Shown piece after piece: positions 19,615-28,845 of a stretch of 64,000 nt of DNA. Position 1 is the stretch's first letter; the number at the start of each line of letters is the position of its first letter. Under the pieces are notes generated by a model. That model had not been told where the DNA came from, searched no databases, and worked only from the letters and a program-made list of their open reading frames with translations. This DNA is from Minisyncoccota bacterium (GTDB taxonomy: Bacteria; Patescibacteriota; Microgenomatia; UBA1400; UBA12028), in assembly GCA_016211945.1 (NCBI GenBank), contig JACRHV010000003.1:69631-133630 (forward strand). The letters run 5' to 3'. The position numbers and the translations under genes are program-made.

Positions 19615-20535
19615 ATGAATCAAAAAAACCTTGTTGCTCGCAGTTCGTTATGCGTTATTGCCTCCGCAATATTTTTTTCAACATATGGAGTGTGGTCAAA
19701 AATCATGATGGGTTATTTTGGAGAGTTCAGCCAAGCGTGGACACGCGCACTTTTATTGCTCATTATTCTCGTTCCGATTGGAATAATGCGAAAAAGTTTT
19801 CAAACTATACGAAAACAAGACATTCCCTGGTTTCTTATTATCTCGCTTTCTGGAGGTTTGAATCAAGCACCATACTTCTACGGTTTTGAACATCTGTCAG
19901 TTGGGACTGCAACACTCTTGTTCTATCTTATGTTGACCATTGGGACGTTTATCATTGGTGCGTTATTTTTTCATGAAAAATTTACATCAGAAAAATACAT
20001 ATCACTTGGGCTATCTGTTGTTGGACTCGGTATTCTCTACAAATTCTCTCTGTCTCCTTCTCAAATCCTCCCTGCAATTAGCACGATGGCGGCGGGGTTC
20101 ATGGGGGCGTCTGGCGTTGTTTTTTCAAAAAAACTCTCATCGCGATACTCAGAAACACAAATTCTTACTTCTCTTTTCATTGTCATGCTTCTCAGTAATG
20201 GGATATTGAGTATACTATTCAAAGAACAGGTGCCATTACTCACTTTTACCGCCCCGTGGTTTGCGCAGTTCGGGTATACTGGTGCTTTGGTCATCGCAAA
20301 CTCATTTGCCATTCTTGGATTTAAGTACCTCGAACCAAGCGTTGGTGGAATCCTTGGGTTACTCGAGGTCGTGTTTGCCGCCGTGCTTGGCGTTGTGCTC
20401 TTTCAAGAGAATGTAACACCGCAATTATTTTTGGGAAGTATATGCATCATTTTTGCCGCGGCGTATGTTGATCTTTCCTCTTTTATAAAACATACGTTTG
20501 ACAGAGAATACCCTCCCGACTACACTCATATCTAG
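19615..20535 (+). CDS. EamA/DMT family transporter
   Basis: About 10 TM segments in two repeats, FFHEK and LFQE motifs, LLEVVFAA. Confidence 0.88.
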   Translation: MNQKNLVARSSLCVIASAIFFSTYGVWSKIMMGYFGEFSQAWTRALLLLIILVPIGIMRKSFQTIRKQDIPWFLIISLSGGLNQAPYFYGFEHLSVGTATLLFYLMLTIGTFIIGALFFHEKFTSEKYISLGLSVVGLGILYKFSLSPSQILPAISTMAAGFMGASGVVFSKKLSSRYSETQILTSLFIVMLLSNGILSILFKEQVPLLTFTAPWFAQFGYTGALVIANSFAILGFKYLEPSVGGILGLLEVVFAAVLGVVLFQENVTPQLFLGSICIIFAAAYVDLSSFIKHTFDREYPPDYTHI

Positions 20536-21469
20536 AGTGAAAAAAGTATTCGATATTATCACGTGGTCTGTTCTCTCTTTTCTTCTTATTCCCAGTGGCT
20601 TGGTTTTGGCCTCGTGGAACAGCGTTCCGGGAGAACCACTTTATGCAGTGAAACTCGGGTTAGAAAGATCCTTACTCGCTGTTGTACCATCGTCCGCACT
20701 CCAAAGTTCTCTTCAGGTGAAATATACGGAACGTCGTTTTGACGAAGCATCGCAGACTTTAGATACAACTTTTGCAACAGAAGCGCTCACGAATTTTGAT
20801 CAACAACTTGTTGCAACCACACTGACGATCAGCCAAGTGAAAAATGCTCAGGATCAATCACAGTTGGCAGATTCATACATTCAAACACTCACGAAGGTGA
20901 GCGCAAAACTCGAAGAAAGAAAACAGACTATCGCACTTTCAACGCCAACGGCTCCTGGAGCACAAACCGTGCAAACTCCGCAAACACTCGAGACAATCCA
21001 ACCCACACCGCAATCACAACCAGTACAGCAAGTAACCCAACAAACACCAACGCCAGCCGTCATCCAGCAACCTGCCACCGTAGGCACCGAACAACCACAA
21101 CCTGTTGCAGTACAAATTCCCACAAAAGAGCAAAAATCGACACCTACAACAATACAGACGCAACCACAAGAAACTCTAAAGAAAACACCGGTCCCCTTGC
21201 TCATCACCACTCCAACATCACAACCAAAAACTCAAAACTCACCGGTTTTCACTCCAAGTCCCACAAAGGCGCCCGTGATACGTCAAGCTGAGGTTGCCGC
21301 GCAAATAGTGGAGACGCAGCACAAGATTATTGAGGAAATAAAGCGTGTTGAAGAAATTAAACGCGAGGCAAATAAACATCGTGAAGAAAAAAACAACGAG
21401 GAAAAAAGGGGTGAGAAGAAAAACAGAGAAGAAGAATCAGATAAAAAGAAAGAGAAAGTAAAAGAATAA
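20498..21469 (+). CDS. DUF5667-like membrane-anchored protein with P/T/Q-rich linker and charged tail
   Basis: SVPGEPLYAVKLGLE..ERRFDEA motif. Confidence 0.7.
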   Translation: MTENTLPTTLISRVKKVFDIITWSVLSFLLIPSGLVLASWNSVPGEPLYAVKLGLERSLLAVVPSSALQSSLQVKYTERRFDEASQTLDTTFATEALTNFDQQLVATTLTISQVKNAQDQSQLADSYIQTLTKVSAKLEERKQTIALSTPTAPGAQTVQTPQTLETIQPTPQSQPVQQVTQQTPTPAVIQQPATVGTEQPQPVAVQIPTKEQKSTPTTIQTQPQETLKKTPVPLLITTPTSQPKTQNSPVFTPSPTKAPVIRQAEVAAQIVETQHKIIEEIKRVEEIKREANKHREEKNNEEKRGEKKNREEESDKKKEKVKE

Positions 21470-21497
21470 TAAATAGATCAATTTTACGGATATGTTG

Positions 21498-21568
21498 CGG
21501 GGGTGAAAGGAATCGGACCTATGTTCGCGGTTTTGGAGACCGCTGTTCTACCACTAAACTACACCCCC
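21498..21568 (-). tRNA. tRNA-Trp(CCA), C55 variant
   Basis: Cloverleaf GGGGGTG..GCGGT CTCCAAA ACCGC..TCCGATT..CACCCCC G. Confidence 0.92.
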
Positions 21569-21683
21569 ATTTTCACTAAAATTTCTCTAGTATTGTATCG
21601 TTTCTTGGGATAAAAGCCAATTCACCATTCTTTCGCATCCTTTTCGTATACCAGAGACAACTGTAATCTGCTACAGTGGTGAT

Positions 21684-23057
21684 ATGCCCAACCACCTCCT
21701 TGACTCCCAACTCACCACTCTTCTCCAAAGCGACAAAACGTTGTTGGAAAAAACACGTTTTCCCATCGTGACTGTTTCATCTACCTTCCGTGAAGATCTT
21801 AAGCAATTTCACGGGATGGATCATGACCCGTTTATGCGCGACATTGTATTTTCCCGCGCACATTTTTCCATGGCATTTGCTGTTGCCGTTCATACATGGA
21901 TGTCTTCCGGTGCAGATCAAGAATGTCCACTGTCAGAAAAAATCACCGCCCCATGTGATGCCAAAACTGCGTGGCTTGTTGACCCCACAAATTACGTTCG
22001 ATCAGAAGATTGGTCAAAAATCCAGTCAACCGAGTATATTGGTAGAAAACTCGCGCGCAACGCATTTCTCAAATGGGTGAAGGACCAAATCGATACCTTT
22101 GCGCGTAATCGCCTTCCCATCACCACCGCCATCACTCCTCCGCTTCTCCATCTTTTTGAACATGTGGAGAAACCGATTATTTCCATGCATTACGAGGCCG
22201 GAAATATCTTGGGTGGAATTGGAAAACGCGTTGTGCAGGTCGTCACTGATCCTCATGTCCGCGACCAATACCTCACCCTTTCTCATCTCAAAAATATGAG
22301 GTACTGCGTCATGGACGAGAAAACAAAACAAGATTTTCTTGAAAAAGCCGCGATATTTGGAAAAGATGTTGATCCGAATCGAATCATTGTCACCGGACCT
22401 CCCATAGATCCGCGCGTTGTTGCGGCTCGCCAAAAGAAAAATGCGTTTTCGCTCAAAAAACGGCCTCTTCGCTTGTGTATTACAACCGGAGGACTCGGCA
22501 CCAACAAAGAGGAAATTCGTGAGATGCTCTCTTTGCTTTTTGATTTACTAAGAAAACGCCCCGCGCACATTCAAGTACTTTGCTACGGAGGAACAAACCA
22601 CGACTTCACTACTATGATTCAAGATGTCGCACGTGATGAACGCGTTGCAATTTCTCCTCTAGAGGATGACTCGGCCCCGTTCCGTCTTATCCACGGAAAA
22701 CACATTGTTGGATTAAATGAACAACTCATCACCTACGGATTCGCTTGGGCAGATGGATTCATTTCTAAACCTTCTGGTGATATGGCGTACGATGCTGCGG
22801 CGGCCGGATGCTTCCTTCTCTTTCTTGCTCCTTGGGGTGAGTGGGAGCGGAATATTCAAGAGGTGTTTGAGCAACGCGGGATTGGACGGCGCGCACAAGT
22901 GCAGCACATCAAAGAACAGATAGAACTTTTAGCCTCTCCGCTGACCCAACATCATGAAAGTTGGTTTGCAAAAGCACAACAAAATGCATTGGATCTTCCG
23001 CCTTTATTTCTCAATGGAGCAAAGAAAATACTCACTGTCGCCAAAGAGTGGAAATAG
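21684..23057 (+). CDS. GT-B fold glycosyltransferase-like protein (UgtP/MGDG synthase-like)
   Basis: VVTDPH, VTGPPID, TTGGLG, ISKPSG, PWGEWERN. Confidence 0.6.
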   Translation: MPNHLLDSQLTTLLQSDKTLLEKTRFPIVTVSSTFREDLKQFHGMDHDPFMRDIVFSRAHFSMAFAVAVHTWMSSGADQECPLSEKITAPCDAKTAWLVDPTNYVRSEDWSKIQSTEYIGRKLARNAFLKWVKDQIDTFARNRLPITTAITPPLLHLFEHVEKPIISMHYEAGNILGGIGKRVVQVVTDPHVRDQYLTLSHLKNMRYCVMDEKTKQDFLEKAAIFGKDVDPNRIIVTGPPIDPRVVAARQKKNAFSLKKRPLRLCITTGGLGTNKEEIREMLSLLFDLLRKRPAHIQVLCYGGTNHDFTTMIQDVARDERVAISPLEDDSAPFRLIHGKHIVGLNEQLITYGFAWADGFISKPSGDMAYDAAAAGCFLLFLAPWGEWERNIQEVFEQRGIGRRAQVQHIKEQIELLASPLTQHHESWFAKAQQNALDLPPLFLNGAKKILTVAKEWK

Positions 23058-23083
23058 AAAAGACACCCGAAAAAAGAGAGAAA

Positions 23084-23263
23084 CTACTTCAATTTACTTG
23101 ATTCTTTGTGTTCTGTTGGCTTCCTGCATGTTTTGCAGTATTTGCGCAACTTGAGTTTTTCTGGCGTGTTAATTTTATTCCGCTGTGTAATATAGTTAAA
23201 CATACCGCACACTGAGCATTTCAAACCAAATGCTTGTCGTGGACCTTTTTTACCTTTTGCCAT
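23084..23263 (-). CDS. rpmG: 50S ribosomal protein L33 (not in ORF track)
   Basis: Manual translation MAKGKKGPRQAFGLKCSVCGMFNYITQRNKINTPEKLKLRKYCKTCRKPTEHKESSKLK. Confidence 0.93.
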   Translation of the reverse strand: MAKGKKGPRQAFGLKCSVCGMFNYITQRNKINTPEKLKLRKYCKTCRKPTEHKESSKLK

Positions 23264-23292
23264 ACATTCCTTCCATTGTTACTGAAATACTG

Positions 23293-23364
23293 AGCCATCT
23301 CAGGGATTCGGACCCTGGACCTGCTGTTTACAAAACAGCTGCTCTACCACTGAGCTAAGATGGC
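23293..23364 (-). tRNA. tRNA-Thr(TGT), C55 variant
   Basis: GCCATCT..GCTGT TTTGTAA ACAGC..CAGGG TCCGAAT CCCTG AGATGGC T. Confidence 0.93.
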
Positions 23365-23424
23365 GAAATTATAGCACACCAGATTCGTATTGTATCAGAG
23401 GAAACCGCGGGATCAAAGATGGAT

Positions 23425-24432
23425 TTATCTCTTCGTTTTCCCAAATCTTCTCAGACAGGATTGAACAATTCCCCAGATATAGTCCTCAAACGACATTCCC
23501 ACCGCGTGATGTGCAATAGGGATTGCCGACTCATCGTCATCCCCTAACCCAGGGTTACAGTTTGCCTCCAATACAAAGACCCTATCCCTCCGCACACGTA
23601 TATCAGCACGCATATAGTCACGATAATCGAGTTCTGCAAAAATTTTTGTACACACATCCTCTATTCCTTTTCTTAATTGTTTCGACATGTTCTTTGGTAA
23701 ACCAATGTCCGACATTTGATAGTCAGGATGCTTCTCATCCCACCGGCTCTCAAAGGTCAAATATGAATCTTTGCCCCTATATTTAAACAGTATTTCTACG
23801 GGAGGTAACACAACGGGTTTTCCATCCTTTTCTATCACTGCTACCTGAAACTCGCGACCCTCAATAAATTCTTCGGCAAAAACCGGCTCATCAAACCGTC
23901 GCATTTGTTCACGAACTTGTTTCTGCAATGCGCGAGCAGAATCAACAACCATGTCCCGTGATAAACCAATACTGCAATGCTGCAAACTTGGTTTTATGAT
24001 AATAGGATATTTAAAATCTTTTCGAATTGGTTCGTTGCCACGTATAAATGTTTGCCATCGCGGTGTTGGGATCTTTGCGCGATCAAATGCTCGCTTCATT
24101 AATACTTTGTCGGAAATCAAATGAAAATTGTGCGTTGTCGCTCCTGTAAATGGGATGCCAGATTGTTCAATGAGTAAACATGCAAACAATGCATACGGCA
24201 AATCCTTTCCCGTCCACTCGATGAGATTAAAAATGCAATCTGCTTGAATGTTTCGAATAATTTTTTCGATATGCTGCGCGTCAACGGGAACGAAAAATGG
24301 CCGTGTTTTTTTCTTTTTCAATGCATTGAAAATTTCAATCGCTGAATCTTTTGTGGTGTCATCCGTTATTGAAAACGATGTTTTTGCATAATTGTGCGTT
24401 GTTTTGCTATAAACGATCGCAATATTCAACAT
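23425..24432 (-). CDS. ATP-grasp ligase, D-Ala-D-Ala-ligase-like
   Basis: FNLIE, PFTG, DKVLMK, IIKP..CSIG, EEFIEGREF, RADIR, LEANCNP. Confidence 0.85.
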   Translation of the reverse strand: MLNIAIVYSKTTHNYAKTSFSITDDTTKDSAIEIFNALKKKKTRPFFVPVDAQHIEKIIRNIQADCIFNLIEWTGKDLPYALFACLLIEQSGIPFTGATTHNFHLISDKVLMKRAFDRAKIPTPRWQTFIRGNEPIRKDFKYPIIIKPSLQHCSIGLSRDMVVDSARALQKQVREQMRRFDEPVFAEEFIEGREFQVAVIEKDGKPVVLPPVEILFKYRGKDSYLTFESRWDEKHPDYQMSDIGLPKNMSKQLRKGIEDVCTKIFAELDYRDYMRADIRVRRDRVFVLEANCNPGLGDDDESAIPIAHHAVGMSFEDYIWGIVQSCLRRFGKTKR

Positions 24433-24588
24433 ATAAAATATTTCCATTTTCCAGATCAAAATTTTTCTTTTTTATATATACATATTGACATTTTTTTTAT
24501 TTCCTATTCTATTAGTATAGAGAAAGAAAAAAAGAAAATGAATAGATCAATGCATTTGAGGATATTTTTCTTCACATAATACTTGCCC

Positions 24589-25602
24589 ATGAACACTTCA
24601 CATTCGTTACAAATCACCGTTATTTACAATCCCGAGGACAAAACACAAGCTGAAGAAATTGCTGTGACCGATGAGGGAATTGAACAAACTGCGGAAACAA
24701 TTGCCGACTCACTTCGTCTGTGTGGCTATGAAACACAGACATACGCCGTTTCTGAAAAGAATCTCTACTATTTGAAGCATAAGAAAACAGATGCTTTTTT
24801 TAATGTCTGTGAGGGCGCAGACATCCAAATGAAGGTTATTAAGCAACTAGAAAAATACGGCAAGGTTTTTACAGGTCCCGGTCCGCAAGTAATGAAGTTA
24901 ACCACGAATAAAATTGCATCAAAGAAAGTTTTTGAGAATATAGGAATTTCAACGCCTAAGTGGCAATTTTTTGTCACAGGAAAAGAAAAAATCGATCCCG
25001 ACCTCCACTTCCCACTCATTGTAAAACCGACAAACGAAGATTGTAGTATCGGAATCACGCAAGGTTCGATTGCGCTAAACGAAGAATCATTGTATGAACA
25101 AATTCAGCGCGTGTGCGAAACATATAAACACGGTGCGCTTGTTGAAGAGTTTATTTTGGGTAGAGAACTTCACTGCACCGTTGTTGGAAATGGTGATGAG
25201 GCTGTCGCGTTGCCGCTCGCAGAACTTCAGTTTACTGATGGACATACCGACGACCAGTTTATTTTTGATTACGAAGCAAAATGGATAGAAAGTTCGCCGC
25301 GAAATAACTATACGTTCATCTCACCCGCTCCAAGTGTTGACGACTCTATTACGCGCATTATCCAAAGCGAAGCAAAGCGCGCGTTTTTGGCCTTGAACAT
25401 GAAAGACTATGCACGATTCGATATTCGGTACAATATAGAGTCGAAGATGTGGTATTTTTTGGAAGCAAATGCAAATCCTTCTATTCAAAACGCCACAAAT
25501 GAAGCAACGACCATTTCTGCGAATGCGTCCGGTATGCGATATCATGAGTTCATTCAATCTATTGTGGAATCATGTACACAGCGTCATTTGTGCCAGGTGT
25601 AA
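24589..25602 (+). CDS. ATP-grasp ligase, D-Ala-D-Ala-ligase-like (paralogue)
   Basis: FNVCE, FTG, NKIASK, IVKPTNEDCSIG, EEFILGRE, RFDIR, LEANANP. Confidence 0.85.
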   Translation: MNTSHSLQITVIYNPEDKTQAEEIAVTDEGIEQTAETIADSLRLCGYETQTYAVSEKNLYYLKHKKTDAFFNVCEGADIQMKVIKQLEKYGKVFTGPGPQVMKLTTNKIASKKVFENIGISTPKWQFFVTGKEKIDPDLHFPLIVKPTNEDCSIGITQGSIALNEESLYEQIQRVCETYKHGALVEEFILGRELHCTVVGNGDEAVALPLAELQFTDGHTDDQFIFDYEAKWIESSPRNNYTFISPAPSVDDSITRIIQSEAKRAFLALNMKDYARFDIRYNIESKMWYFLEANANPSIQNATNEATTISANASGMRYHEFIQSIVESCTQRHLCQV

Positions 25603-25925
25603 TTGTACAGTAATGTTATATTGAATGAGAAAAATCGTTTAGATTTCTAAAAGTGTTTTAAAGCTTTTGAGTTGCCGCGAAAGATCTACTACGGTAGGAT
25701 CTGACATATCTGGTATCAACCCCGTTTCTAGTTCAATAAGTCTCAGATTAAAATGAATTACCAGACTTTCAAAAACGACATACGCAAACTCACCCTCACC
25801 CCAATCAACTTTGGGGTTTTCTTTTTTCAAATCTGCTACAACTTGTTTTACAAGTTCTTCTTTTAATTCTATTGTATTTTCTACACCCATATATCCTCTT
25901 TATTTACTTTGTTGTGCCAGGTGTA
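25588..25925. repeat. 14-bp direct repeat of the tRNA-Tyr 3' end (att-like)
   Basis: TTGTGCCAGGTGTA at 25588-25601 and 25912-25925. Confidence 0.7.
25639..25890 (-). CDS. Small hypothetical protein inside the att-like repeat
   Basis: 83 aa, AT-rich, AGAGGA upstream of ATG. Confidence 0.65.
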   Translation of the reverse strand: MGVENTIELKEELVKQVVADLKKENPKVDWGEGEFAYVVFESLVIHFNLRLIELETGLIPDMSDPTVVDLSRQLKSFKTLLEI

Positions 25926-25997
25926 GGATTCGAACCTACGGAGACCGAAGCCAACAGATTTACAGTCTGTCCTCGTTGACCGCTTGAGTAACCTGGC
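25915..25997 (-). tRNA. tRNA-Tyr(GTA)
   Basis: GCCAGGT..ACAGA CTGTAAA TCTGT, long variable arm, GTAGG TTCGAAT CCTAC. Confidence 0.95.
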
Positions 25998-26083
25998 AAT
26001 GTTCTGCATTGTATCATTCTAGAAAAAGATTTGGTAGAATTTGTCGTCTCTGCCAAGTAAAATGAAGTATGCGAAGATGACGT

Positions 26084-26158
26084 GCCTGGGTAGTTTAGTG
26101 GTAAAACAAACCCTTGGTAAGGGTTAGACCGTGAGTCCGATTCTCACTCCAGGCTCCA
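26084..26158 (+). tRNA. tRNA-Thr(GGT), C55 variant, CCA encoded
   Basis: GCCTGGG..AACCC TTGGTAA GGGTT..GTGAG TCCGATT CTCAC TCCAGGC T CCA. Confidence 0.93.
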
Positions 26159-26519
26159 TTACTCTCCAGAGAGAATTTGTTGGGCTTGAACAAGAAAGTC
26201 TCGAACCTCTTCTACTGTAGCCTGACCGCCCCCCCCAATAGCACCATCTTTTTGCATACTTGCTAAGTTTTTGATCGAGGTTTTGGATTTCGTTAGAAAA
26301 ATTACTCGCGTGAAATCCCCATGTCAAAAATATCGCTAATCGACTATTTCTCGTTACGTGTTTCGGTAGAGCGTGATGAAGGAGAATAAAAAGATCTTTA
26401 TCATTCTTTGCAATCTCTATAATTTTTAGCGTAAATGCTATGCAATCAGCGTCGCTGTTTCTTGCTTGTATATCTTGCATCTCATTGATGTATGGAGAGA
26501 TATCAACACGTCGAGGCAT
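26159..26519 (-). pseudogene. Hypothetical protein, probably frameshifted near a G8 tract
   Basis: Called ORF runs antisense into tRNA-Thr; removing one base at the tract (26229-26236) gives ..QATVEEVRDFLVQAQQILSGE* ending at 26159. Confidence 0.45.
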
Positions 26520-26539
26520 ATCTGGTATTCTACCATGAC

Positions 26540-26584
26540 AAAAATAAACCCCTGTAAACAGCTTGCGCTCTCACAGGGGGATTT
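26540..26584 (-). terminator. Intrinsic terminator downstream of the 6S-like RNA
   Basis: CCCCTGTGAGAGC-GCAA-GCTGTTTACAGGGG followed by TTTATTTTT on the minus strand. Confidence 0.6.
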
Positions 26585-26616
26585 AGGCTTTATAGAACCA
26601 CGGACTCATAAGAAAA

Positions 26617-26770
26617 GCCCCAAAACGGAAAGCGAGTTGAGGGTGGTTCCCCGGAAATCCAGGGTGGTAGGGGCGCTGCTTATTCCTCGGAATAAACGGA
26701 CAACCCGAACCGTACAAGTTAAAACTTGTAGAGGAAAAAGCTCCTCAGTTTGCTTTGCCGTTTCAGGGCA
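26617..26770 (-). ncRNA. Structured ncRNA, 6S RNA (SsrS)-like
   Basis: 5' GCCCTGAAACGGCAAAGC pairs with 3' GCTTTCCGTTTTGGGGC; internal hairpins; TTGACA-17-CATAGT promoter immediately upstream. Confidence 0.6.
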
Positions 26771-26775
26771 CCTTC

Positions 26776-26804
26776 ACTATGACAAACGCACAAATTCATG
26801 TCAA
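26776..26804 (-). promoter_or_regulatory. Sigma70 promoter for the ncRNA
   Basis: TTGACA (26804-26799), 17-bp spacer, TGn-CATAGT (26781-26776). Confidence 0.65.
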
Positions 26805-26892
26805 TGGAAAAGAGACGAGAGTTGTTCTATACACCCTTGAGAGACTCCAGTGAGAATCGAGAGGTCTCGCGCCACACAGGATTTTTGCTCAT

Positions 26893-27789
26893 TTATATTT
26901 GAGGAACCGAGAACTCAGTGACCCATTCCGCTATCTTTTTTCCGTATTTCTCGTGTTCCATGACAAATTTAAGATGAGCCATAAAGTAATTCTCAGGATC
27001 GCCCGTTGTCATCCATTCGCCCTGCGTATGCTCGACTAACACCTGCTGTGTCTTAGCGATCTGTGTAATGGCATCCACCGTCCAAAGCTCACCGTCTTTC
27101 CCAACATTTTGTGGATTCAAATACTCAAACACGCTCGGCTTTAAGAGATACCGACCATATGACGCCAACAATGACGGCTGTTTACCCTTTTCCGGTTTCT
27201 CGATAATGTTATCGAGTTGATTTGTTGTCCCTTGTTTAAAACTAATGATGCCGTATTTATCCACAACTTCCTCAGACACTTCCTGTGCCATAATGATTCC
27301 CGCAACGCTGGGGTTCGCCTCATACATATCCACCATCACCTTGGCATCACCAACTTGACCGAACACCACATCATCACTATAGAGGACGAGAAACGCCTCC
27401 TCGGCTTCCACGTATTTTTGCGCCGAGGTTACCGGCGAACCATTGCCATACGGCAAACTGGGATCTTGTACGATCACGGTTATTTTTGGAAAGTTCAAAA
27501 CCTGCTGAACCGACTCGTATCGCTCTTCCTTGCCTTGCGCCACAAGTTGTTTACGAATACGGTTCACATTGTTATTAAAATAATCTTCATAAATCGGTTT
27601 CCCCTCCGGCGTTGCCACGATCACAATCTCCTCAATGCCAGCCTGCTGACATTCCTCAACAACAAACTGTATGATCGGACGATTGCCGAGCGGAAGCATT
27701 GCTTTTGGAACAGTTTTTGTGATGGGAAGATACCGGCTTGCAAATCCAGCGTCTGTGATAATTGCCTTTTTGACTCGAGCAGATGCCAT
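26893..27789 (-). CDS. galU: UTP-glucose-1-phosphate uridylyltransferase family nucleotidyltransferase
   Basis: KKAII..AGFASRYLPITKTVPKAMLP, IIEKP, GRYLL, GELWTVDAI. Confidence 0.8.
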   Translation of the reverse strand: MASARVKKAIITDAGFASRYLPITKTVPKAMLPLGNRPIIQFVVEECQQAGIEEIVIVATPEGKPIYEDYFNNNVNRIRKQLVAQGKEERYESVQQVLNFPKITVIVQDPSLPYGNGSPVTSAQKYVEAEEAFLVLYSDDVVFGQVGDAKVMVDMYEANPSVAGIIMAQEVSEEVVDKYGIISFKQGTTNQLDNIIEKPEKGKQPSLLASYGRYLLKPSVFEYLNPQNVGKDGELWTVDAITQIAKTQQVLVEHTQGEWMTTGDPENYFMAHLKFVMEHEKYGKKIAEWVTEFSVPQI

Positions 27790-27991
27790 AGCAAACCCCT
27801 TTCAACCACGAGGGGGCTTGTCACCCCCAGATTGTTGTATGTAGTGGATATGGTAATACGGAGGCGGTTGGGTGTCAAACGACAGAAGGAGAGAGGTCGG
27901 ACCTAGGTCGGATCTCTCTCCTTTCTCCCCCCTTCCCTTTCCACTTTTTGCCTGCTACAATTCTCGTTCTTGATCTGTTACAATCTCGGGT

Positions 27992-28174
27992 GTGAATCCG
28001 ATAACGTTCATTCATCAAGTCCGTGAAGAACTGGCCAAGGTCACTTGGCCGAGCAGAAAAGAAACGCTGAACATGACTCTGATCGTCTTAGGTGTCAGCG
28101 TTGCGGTAGGACTGTACGTCGGGGGGTTGGATGCAGTATTCACCAGCCTCTTTGACTACATTATTAAACGATAG
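27992..28174 (+). CDS. secE: Preprotein translocase subunit SecE
   Basis: ELAKVTWPSRKE plus TM; precedes nusG. Confidence 0.95.
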   Translation: MNPITFIHQVREELAKVTWPSRKETLNMTLIVLGVSVAVGLYVGGLDAVFTSLFDYIIKR

Positions 28175-28191
28175 ACGAAACAAAGGAATCT

Positions 28192-28818
28192 ATGACTGAA
28201 GACGCGCAAGTGCAACAGGTTCCGGAAGTACCAGAGGTCCAGACCGTCACCACCTCGACACCGAACCACGCGATCATCACCTTGTCGGAAGACAAGCGTG
28301 CCAAGTGGTACGTTGTGCACACCTATTCCGGGCATGAAAATAAGGTCGCGGAAACGCTGAAACAACGCACGCTTAATATGGGCCTCGAGAAATTTATCCT
28401 CGAGATGCTCATCCCTACTCAAGAAAAAATTCAGATTAAACGCGGTAAGAAACAGACCGTCAAGGAAAAAATCTTCCCTGGCTACATGCTTGTGAAAATG
28501 ATCTTGACCGATGAGTCTTGGCTCGCGGTTCGCACCACACAGGGTGTGACTGGATTTGTTGGTGTTGGCAATAAACCAACTCCCCTTCCATTAGAAGAGG
28601 TCAAAACAATTCAGAAGTACATGGCACAGGGTGCGCCAACATACAAAGCGAACTTCACTCCTGGTCAAGCAGTCAAAATTGTGGAAGGACCATTCGTGGA
28701 CTTCCTCGGTTCTATTGATTCTATTGACGAGGAAAAGGGTAAGGTTACGGTGCTCGTTTCTATCTTTGGTCGAGAAACACCGGTCGAGCTCGACTTCTTA
28801 CAGGTCGTCAAAATTTAA
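28192..28818 (+). CDS. nusG: Transcription termination/antitermination factor NusG
   Basis: WYVVHTYSGHE, FPGY, GPF KOW domain, FGRETPVEL. Confidence 0.97.
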   Translation: MTEDAQVQQVPEVPEVQTVTTSTPNHAIITLSEDKRAKWYVVHTYSGHENKVAETLKQRTLNMGLEKFILEMLIPTQEKIQIKRGKKQTVKEKIFPGYMLVKMILTDESWLAVRTTQGVTGFVGVGNKPTPLPLEEVKTIQKYMAQGAPTYKANFTPGQAVKIVEGPFVDFLGSIDSIDEEKGKVTVLVSIFGRETPVELDFLQVVKI

Positions 28819-28845
28819 TCGTCTATTCAACTCTATAGAGGTACT

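Noticed and set aside
26617-26770. RNase P RNA or tmRNA as identity of the ncRNA
   Set aside because: Lacks the GAGGAAAGUCC core and tRNA-like ends, and is too short
27889-27920. Imperfect hairpin GAGAGAGGTCGGACC-TA-GGTCGGATCTCTCTC between galU and secE
   Set aside because: Single clear copy with only a weak echo near 58865; no function can be supported
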